DNA of 64,000 bases from Marsupella aquatica. Taxonomy: Eukaryota > Plantae > Marchantiophyta. The notes beneath the pieces were generated by a model. The model did no database searches. It saw nothing but the letters and a program-made list of their open reading frames with translations, and was not told the DNA's origin. The translations under genes and the position numbers were made by a program. Shown one piece after another: positions 56,450-64,000 of the stretch; the stretch's first letter is position 1; each line of letters opens with the position of its first letter. The DNA lies in NCBI GenBank assembly GCA_973895155.1, contig OZ316899.1, forward strand, positions 12,775,934-12,839,933. Reading direction: 5' to 3'.

Positions 56450-59260
56450 TAGGATGGAATAGAGTGACACAGAGATGTGTGAGTATGAAAGGAAAGCTAT
56501 GGAACAACAAGCATACGTGAAAGCCAAAATTGCAGAACTGGATCTGGAAAAGGATGTGGCTGAATTGTAAGGGAACGATTCTCAACTACACCCCTCCGCT
56601 GAGTTTGTGTGACATGAATAGTTCAATGTGGCACTGAAATTGTGACTGTATTCTCATATTGGAATGTCGCAGAGCAACAGGTTTTTCAAAGAAACAAAAG
56701 GAGTACGCAAGAAGGGTGACCAGCACTATATCTGGGCCTGTGCGTCGAAGTGACAGGTTGAGCAAGAAGGTTGTACCTACAATGGCAGAATGTGGAGATG
56801 ACATGGATGCTGCGCAAGTGGGTGCAGACACTAGACAAGAAGATGCAGATGATGAGTATTTTCCAGAGGAAATGGATGAGGATGGGGGTTATGAAGATGA
56901 ATACATTGCAGAGCAGCCCCAAAAGAAACAGGTAAGTAGTTTTCCCAACAAGCTAGGTTTAGAGTTAAAAACTCTTGTTGAGAGGTTTCATATGTTCAGT
57001 ACTACACCCTATGTACCTTGCTTAGTTCCTAACATTGTAGTTGGTGATGTGATGCAGCGTCCTGTCAGTTTTGTTTTGCCTGCAAAGCCTGTGCATGCAC
57101 CATACTAGCAGGGGGGGCTGACCTCTGATCAAGGTTGGCGAGGTGGTAGTAGTGGTAGATCCCAGGCTGGTGCCCAATACTATGGCAAGGGGCAAGCTCT
57201 AGGTTATGCCCGTGGTAGAGGCAGAGCAGGTCCAAACCCACAGTCTCGTGGGTATGGACGTCCACCTCAACCATGGGGATGTGAGTATATATCTATATGG
57301 CAGTTATTTGTGAAGGCATGGCACTCCTGAATTTCAGACTGCATATCAATTTTTGACATTGTTTGGGATGTATTGGATTTAGACAACATGAAATTCTGTC
57401 CACCTGCCATTGCATGCAGATTCTGCCCAACCTGATTGGGCAAATGCTGGTAATGATCAGTTCCAATGTCCACAAGGACAGACATGGGTTGAACCAGGTT
57501 GGGAGGATGGTGGTGGGTCGTGGAATGAACAAGGTTGGGAAGGTGGTGAAGGTAATTGGCAGGGATTTCAAAATACAGTACCTACAAACGCTGGAAGAGG
57601 GGCAGGTAATGTCTGATCTTGTCAGCAATGGAAGAACTCATTATATGTGGAGTCCATTGACGTGGGGGGGATTCTGCACATGTATAATAATAGAAAATGT
57701 ATGTGTGCAGGTTGGACAATCGAACCATCGACTCAAGTATTCACTAATGCCCCTATGCAGATGCAGCACGGAAGGGGGCCAGGTATGTTGGTGAATGTTC
57801 ATATGTTTTCCTATAGTTTGTACTACGTTTTCAGTACATATGTTTGCAGCCACATACCTAGAAAGTGACATCATCCGGCCCCTGTACTAGGCTGGACAGG
57901 TGGTCCAGGGTCACAACAATTCCAAAGTGCAGTCCCTGCACAGGCATCTACAGGCAGAGCTACAAGTATGTATGTTTGAAGAATTTTTCTTGAAGTGAAG
58001 CATTGAATGTTGGCGTCATCCATTCTGCTGTATGTAGTTCGCAAGCATGAATGGCATTGTATTTTCCCAGGTGGCTTCAGAACCCCAGGTAGGGTGAATG
58101 AAGGGGTGGCCAATACAACGCCCAGTACTACCGAGAGCAGTGCACGAGGGGAGGTGACAAAGAAAGGGAACGTAAAGTTGAATGAGAGACAATGGGTGGA
58201 TGTTGAGTGTCCTCGTAAGAACCGTTGGCATGCTGATTTGAAAGCTGAAGTATTGCGTTGGTTAGATGTGAGTGTTATTAATTTTAAAAAACAACATCCA
58301 AAAGATTGGAAGACTGTATGTGAAAATGTTGCTGCCAAATGAAATTATGTGGGCAGTGATGATGGCGTGGACATAGGTTGCCTAGAGAGTACAGCAGGTA
58401 AAATCATAAAGCAAGAGAGGTGGAGAATGCATAAGGCTTGGAAGGAAGGTGGGGAGAAGCCAGATATGCCTCCACCAGCCAGTTGGGATGATAAAGTGTG
58501 GGCAAGGTTAGTAGCTTATTTTGTAACAGATGCTTCAAAAAAGAAGAGTTCACAGATGACCGAGGCCAGGTTGAGTGTTCAGAACCCTAATCTGACAGGA
58601 AGGACCGGCACTGCACCGACAGCAAAACGTTTGGTAAGAATCAATGGCCTAGCTATGTAATTTATGCTACACTATGTACTGTTTTTTAGTGTAAACCCAT
58701 ACATGTAAACTTCGTTTTTTAGTGTACGTTCCCTGAATAATAATGATAACTTGTGTTTGCCATGCATGTGCAGAAAGCCCAATTGGGGCAAAGCCCTTCA
58801 AAAGAAGAGTTGAGGGCTGAAATTGTGAACACCCGGGCTCAAGAGAGTGCATCTGAATCCTCCAAGCATGTAAGTTATATGAGTTCTGATTGGTAATTGA
58901 ATGACTTGCGTTGAATTTCAGGTGTACACTGTATATAACATTGATTGTGCATATATTGCCCAACATTTCATATGGAGTGATTGAACCTATACCCTTGTGT
59001 CATGTAGGGAGGTGGATCTTCACTTACAAAGATAAGTGGTCGTTTGAAGGCTGTCGAAACATGTCTTCCAGAGATCAATGAACGTTTGAATTCATTGACT
59101 GACTTGTTCCATGTGAACTTCAAGACATTAATGGAAGCTATTGTGTCGGTGAGAGATAATATTAATTCCAATTCTGCAGGAGTTCCACCATCACCACTTG
59201 AGGTGGCAAAGTTGATGCACTCTTCTGGCATGCCAACGACATGTAAGCTTGAAGGTAAGG
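56450..59260 (+). pseudogene. Multi-exon TnpA-like (Ptta/En-Spm) gene of CACTA 1
   Basis: Exons with W..DLK.EV.RWLD, PPP.SWDDKVWARLVAYF..KKSSQM..AR; exon boundaries approximate. Confidence 0.65.
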
Positions 59261-60092
59261 CCTTTACAACTGTGTGGGATATGATTAGTAAATGTATAGT
59301 TTAAATTGACATAGTTTGTTGAATGTGTTATCACTACAACACTATCGGCCGGTTTTGCGACGACAATCTCATCGCAACTAACAAGCCCCTGATTTTCATA
59401 ATTCTGGCCATTGCGAACATACGCGCATCGCACCACCTTCGCACTTTGCAAACCTAATAACTTCGCACGCGGACCATTGCAACGGCATCGCAACACCATG
59501 GCAAACTACAAAGCTGAGAGGTTTGCAAGATTCAATACTTGTGCGATCCATTATATGTCGCATAAGGTTCGCAAACATACACGCACACGTCCCGCATGGG
59601 CGTCGATATTTGAGAAGGATTTACCATCGCATCATATTTTGCGAAAGATACTGGTTCAATTGTTTTGATGGGGATTGTATGACAAAGAGCGATACCGGTG
59701 ATTTCAGAAGTTTGTGAACGGTTTCGATTAGGAAAGTGCGATCCTAGAAGTATCACAAAAACCCGACATATTTGGATCTGAAGTTATGAAGTTAATTGAC
59801 TCAAAAAGTGCGACGCCTTGGGGTTTATATTGTGCGATGGGAATGAGTTCTTAAAGGGTTTGCAAAATTATGATCATAGAGGATTCAATACATTATTTGC
59901 GAAGGGTTTTCCTTGGGACCCAATGTGGAAGGCAAAATTGTTGTTTTATAAAATGGAAAAGCATGAACAAAATGATAGGGCTTCAAAGAACCCTATACAT
60001 GGACAAGAGGGGGGAAATATCTGATGCTAGGTCCGCCCTTCTAAACCTATGCTGCCTCTTCCTACCCTAAGCTTCGGCATGACAAGTCACTC

Positions 60093-62163
60093 TCATGCAT
60101 GTATCTCTACAAAATAACTAGAATGGGCTCTTGCGGCTCCTCTTGGTTGGCTTCTTGGCTGGCTTCTTGCCCTTATCCTTCCAGGGATCCTGTTGGTGAC
60201 GGGTGCGTGATGACCATCGGCGCTCCTGCTCTTGCTGCTCCTCTGGCTCCTCCTGCCCCTCCTGCTCCTCCTCCTCATCCTCAGGGTCCTCCTCCTCCCC
60301 TTGGTCATCAACGTGTGCTGATGACACACGACTACCACCACTACCACGGTGGGAAGAACCTACCTCATGACTACTCCCCCCCCGAGCACCACTAGTACCA
60401 GGAGTAGCCCCCTCATCGTCATCACTACTGCTCACATCAGCACCCGACCCCTCAGGCTCATCCGAATCCTGCATCCATTACATATCATTAGTTTCCGCAA
60501 GACATAAAGGGTCACTCACAATGTTCGCATGCTAATCATATGGTTCACACTTAGACACTTACAGTAGCCAACTCGGCATCTACCATCGCAAAGAGGTACT
60601 TTCATCCATGCTCTATCACCACCTCAATATGCTTTTTTGATATCTTCCTTTTGTACCTCCGATACTGCCATGCATAAAACCAATTAAAATTGGTTAAATT
60701 TGCCCTTAAGCATACCCTATAGCCACAAGTGACGCCTAAATCCTCAACTACTAAACACGACCCAAAAAAATTTTGAAATTCAAATTTGCGAACCTATAAG
60801 CATGGCAACTTGCGAACCACATTTTTTGCAAAGGCGTTGCGATGGAGTTTGCAATGCGCATTTGTTTGCAAAGGCATCGGAAAATTGAAATGGAAAAAGT
60901 CCATGATAGACTTTGCGAGGGGTTTGCAAACAAATGCGCATCGCAACACCTTCGCAAACTGTGTTCCCGAGAGTTTTTAAAAATTTGCCAAAAATTCTAA
61001 GTGTTAGAGTTGCCCTAAACTAGTAACCAAGCAAGCATGCACAACAGCAAGAACATTCGGGGATGTCATTCACTTGCATTGCACAACTCTGAAAGGAATA
61101 GAGAGGTTAGGGAGGAGCAAGAGGCACTCACAAAGTGTGACTTGAGGCCGGGGAGCCCGCCTTGACCCAACTTGTGGACTGGATTGGGGGTGGATTTCAC
61201 TCGTTTGGCTGCATCTGTGAAACGCTTGGGTGGCTTTCCCTCCTGGTCGGCCACCTTCTGCATCTCAGCTACCTTCTGCTCAAGTGGCTTCAGGTCGTGG
61301 TCAGGGGGGAGCTTCCCGGCCTCCTTTGCTTTCAAGGCTCGATCTAGATTGCCCTTCCACTCTTCCAACTCGTGAGCTGCCTTAATTTGCACCTCAATCT
61401 TGTAAAACGAATTCCAGATGTCCTCGGTGAAGTGGAGGGGTCTGCGCAAGTTCCTGTATGATCTCAAGTCTTTCAGGTGGGCTCTAATCTTCATCCTGTC
61501 ATGGTATCGCATTTGAGACATAGAATTTGAAATCTTATCTGCCAACCATTGCTCATCTATGTTAGGCCCATTGCAAAATGCATCCTTGATTTGGTTGATG
61601 ACCCTCTTTCGCTTTGCCTTCTCAATCTTCCCCCACTGTATGCCTCGTGAGAAATTGCTTGTGATAATTTGCTTGATTGTGCTCTTAGCCCCTGCATACG
61701 CTAGCTCAGTTGGAGTCCCACTCGTCTCCAAGGCAATGAATGGAAGTTTTTTTCTTGCTTCCTCTTTCTGACGTTGCTCCTCCCTCTGTTTTCGAATTGA
61801 ATCTCTCTCCTCTCTTCTCTTCTGCTTCTCTAGGGCTTGAGGAGAGGCAACTCCCGACTTAGTTCTTTCCTCTCTCTTCCTTTTTTCCTCTCTAGCCTTC
61901 TCTTCAGCTGCGGCCCTCTCCTCCCCCTCTCTAGTAGCTTGTCCTGCTACAATCCCAGTTTGCAAAACCTGTCCAAGAATGGCACTCAAAGAGGCAAGCC
62001 CTGCTGGAGAATTGAGATTCACTTCTCCCAATTGTGCAGCACTGAGATGTTGGGCCACTAAGTCTGCCCAAGCATTCTTCTCTTTCTCTGGATTTCCCCC
62101 ATTGCCACTACCACTACCACTACCACTACCACCTTGCCCTCCACTCCCCTCACCGGTAGCCAT
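60093..62163 (-). CDS. Spliced TnpA-like protein of CACTA 2 (first exon ~61131-62163)
   Basis: Long open exon with QWGKIEKAKRKRVINQIK..WLADKI..RRPLHFTEDIWNSF, GTGAGT donor at ~61130, downstream acidic/basic exons. Confidence 0.6.
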
Positions 62164-62499
62164 AGCTCCCCTCTCTCACAGTCTCCCTCATACTGTTGCG
62201 CACGCCCCGGCCCTTCTCGTCTCGCTCAAAAACTGAAATGAGCCCGAATGCGAGCTCCCGCCGATGTTTATGCCGTTCAAAAACGGGTTTGCAATGACAT
62301 ACGCATGGGAAACTGCGAAGCCCGCGCCCTCGCAAATAGTCTCGCAACTTGCGAGGCACTTCCGAATCTATTCCCTTCGCAAGGCCATCGCAACCCGTAG
62401 AAGACCCAAAAAATCGTTCTCGGCCTCTGTTTTTGCGAAGTAAGTGCGAAGGCCGTAGGTTCGCAAAAAGATTCTCTAACTTGTGAAATAATTTGCGAG

Positions 62500-63570
62500 G
62501 CAGGTCTTATCGGTTTAGGGTTGGAAAACACTTTGGGGTGTCAAACGGCTATTAAGGTTTGTCAAACGACATTTAAGGTATGTTAAGTGCCCATAAGTTA
62601 ACATGGAAGGGGTGTCAATGGATGTTTAGGTTGTAAGGATAACTAGAATACAAGTTAACAAAGGTTTGGGTTTAATTAAAGGTTAGGTTTATATTTGGTT
62701 TTAATCTAGGAGTATTTGGTTTAATTAAGGAGGTTAAAACTTGGGTTAGGTTGGAATAAAAGGGTTGGGTTTAAATTAATGGGTTTGGCTTAGGGTTTAA
62801 ATTAATGGGTTTGGCTTAGGGTTCAAGGTAGAGGTTTGCATTAGGTTGTGAGTAATTACAGGGGTTGGGTTTGGTTTTAGTTGAGGGGTTGAATTGTGGT
62901 TGTTTTTTAAAGGGATTGGGTTTGGTTTTTAGTTGGGGGGTTTAATTGTGGTTTTTTTAAAGGGGTTGGGTTTCTAATGTAAGTGTTTGGGTTGGGGTGT
63001 AACATGATATAGGGTTGGATTTGGTTCTAATCGAGGGGGTACAATTTTTGCTTAAGTTTTAAAAAAGGGCCTCAATTTAGGGGTTAGGGTGAAGTTTAGA
63101 ATAACTATAGGGGTGGGGGTTGGCCTATATAGGTAAAGTAAGGTGTAGATAGGGTAAGGGTTTTATATGTAATTGGGGGATTTGGGTTGGGTTTAGGGTA
63201 AAGGTTTGAATTTTTAATGAGGGATTTGGGTATTGGTTAGGATAAGGGTAAGGGTTTAGGGTGCTTGAGGGATTTGGGTTAGGTTTTAATAAAGGGTTTC
63301 ATTTCATGGTTTGGGTTTAGGGTAGGGGTTTGGGTTCAGGGTAAAGGTTTGAATTTTTAATGAGGGATTTGGGTATTGGTTAGGATAAGGGTAAGGGTTT
63401 AGGGTGATTGAGGGATTTGGGTTAGGTTTTAATGAAGGGTTTCATTTCATGGTTTGGGTTTAGGGTAGGGGTTTGGGTTTAGGGTAAAGGTTTGAATTTT
63501 TAATGAGGGATTTGGGTATTGGTTAGGGTGAGGGTAAGGGTTTAGGGTGATTGAGGGATTTGGGTTACTT
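62500..63570 (+). repeat. Degenerate telomere-like (TTTAGGG/TTAGGG/TTTGGG) tract including a 143-bp tandem unit x~2.6
   Basis: Strongly G/T-skewed; unit starts at 63196, 63339 and 63482. Confidence 0.85.
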
Positions 63571-64000
63571 ATATTTCTTTCTCTATCTCATTAACATGGA
63601 GTGGAAAACTCTTTGGCATTGTAGGGCACTTCCCCATGTTTTTTAAAGTTTTGGCTAATGCATGATAATGCCTTGTGAGAGCCCGGGCTTCTGAAAGGTA
63701 TAACATTTTCTCATGCATTTCTAGTCATTGCTATAAATATGGAGGGTTACAATCTATCATCCTTTTTTTCTGGTTCACCATAAGGCATGGCTTAATTCAT
63801 TGTATATTGGCAGATTTTCCCCTCCTTCTTCCAGATTTGGTTCATGAAATTTGACCCACAAGATCCGTCAAGGCATTGCTAAGCCCAGGTCTCATAAAGG
63901 TATTTTTCTGTCAATTCTTTTTAATATGTTTAGGTAGGGATTATCAATGATGGTTTTGGTGAAGTTTTTACTAATCGCCTTCCAATTTCTATACTTGTCA

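Larger units (their letters stand above)
43612..59331 (+). mobile_element. CACTA/En-Spm transposon 1 (right end not seen; interrupted by CACTA 2)
   Basis: CACTAGAAGAAA terminus exactly where the retro ORF stops; TnpD and TnpA-like genes downstream. Confidence 0.85.
59332..64000 (-). mobile_element. CACTA transposon 2 nested in CACTA 1 (extends beyond the window)
   Basis: CACTACAACA terminus at 59332, followed by dense TTGCGA/TCGCAA subterminal-type motifs and a switch in CpG content; TnpA-like gene on the minus strand. Confidence 0.72.

Noticed and set aside
62500-63570. True telomere or chromosome end
   Set aside because: The repeats are highly degenerate and ordinary sequence resumes after 63570.

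Overview
This is plant nuclear DNA made entirely of nested transposable elements, with no host gene. The gene content suggests a non-seed land plant such as a bryophyte, but that is inference. 1-43.6 kb is a stack of non-chromovirus (Athila/OTA-like) Ty3/gypsy LTR retrotransposons and an L1-type LINE. 43.6-64 kb holds two nested CACTA (En/Spm) DNA transposons. Main result: a young, intact gypsy element (family A, 305-15842, minus strand, TG..CA ends, 5-bp TSD GTCAT) has giant 4657-bp LTRs, each carrying a complete ~1100-1200 aa sense-strand ORF. That ORF has a plant-transposon/PMD-like domain, NLSs and a long coiled coil, and no transmembrane segment. A second, diverged family (B) shares this gene-in-LTR design with a homologous protein. 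A family-A solo LTR (36699-41370) shows that the gene is left behind after LTR-LTR recombination. Family A also has a -1 ribosomal frameshift signal (GGAUUUU plus pseudoknot) placed between protease and RT. Second result: the first CACTA carries cargo upstream of TnpD/TnpA, namely an EDM2-like composite PHD finger, tandem Pol-lambda-like BRCT domains and an F-box. Domain identifications come from motif recognition and memory, not database searches.
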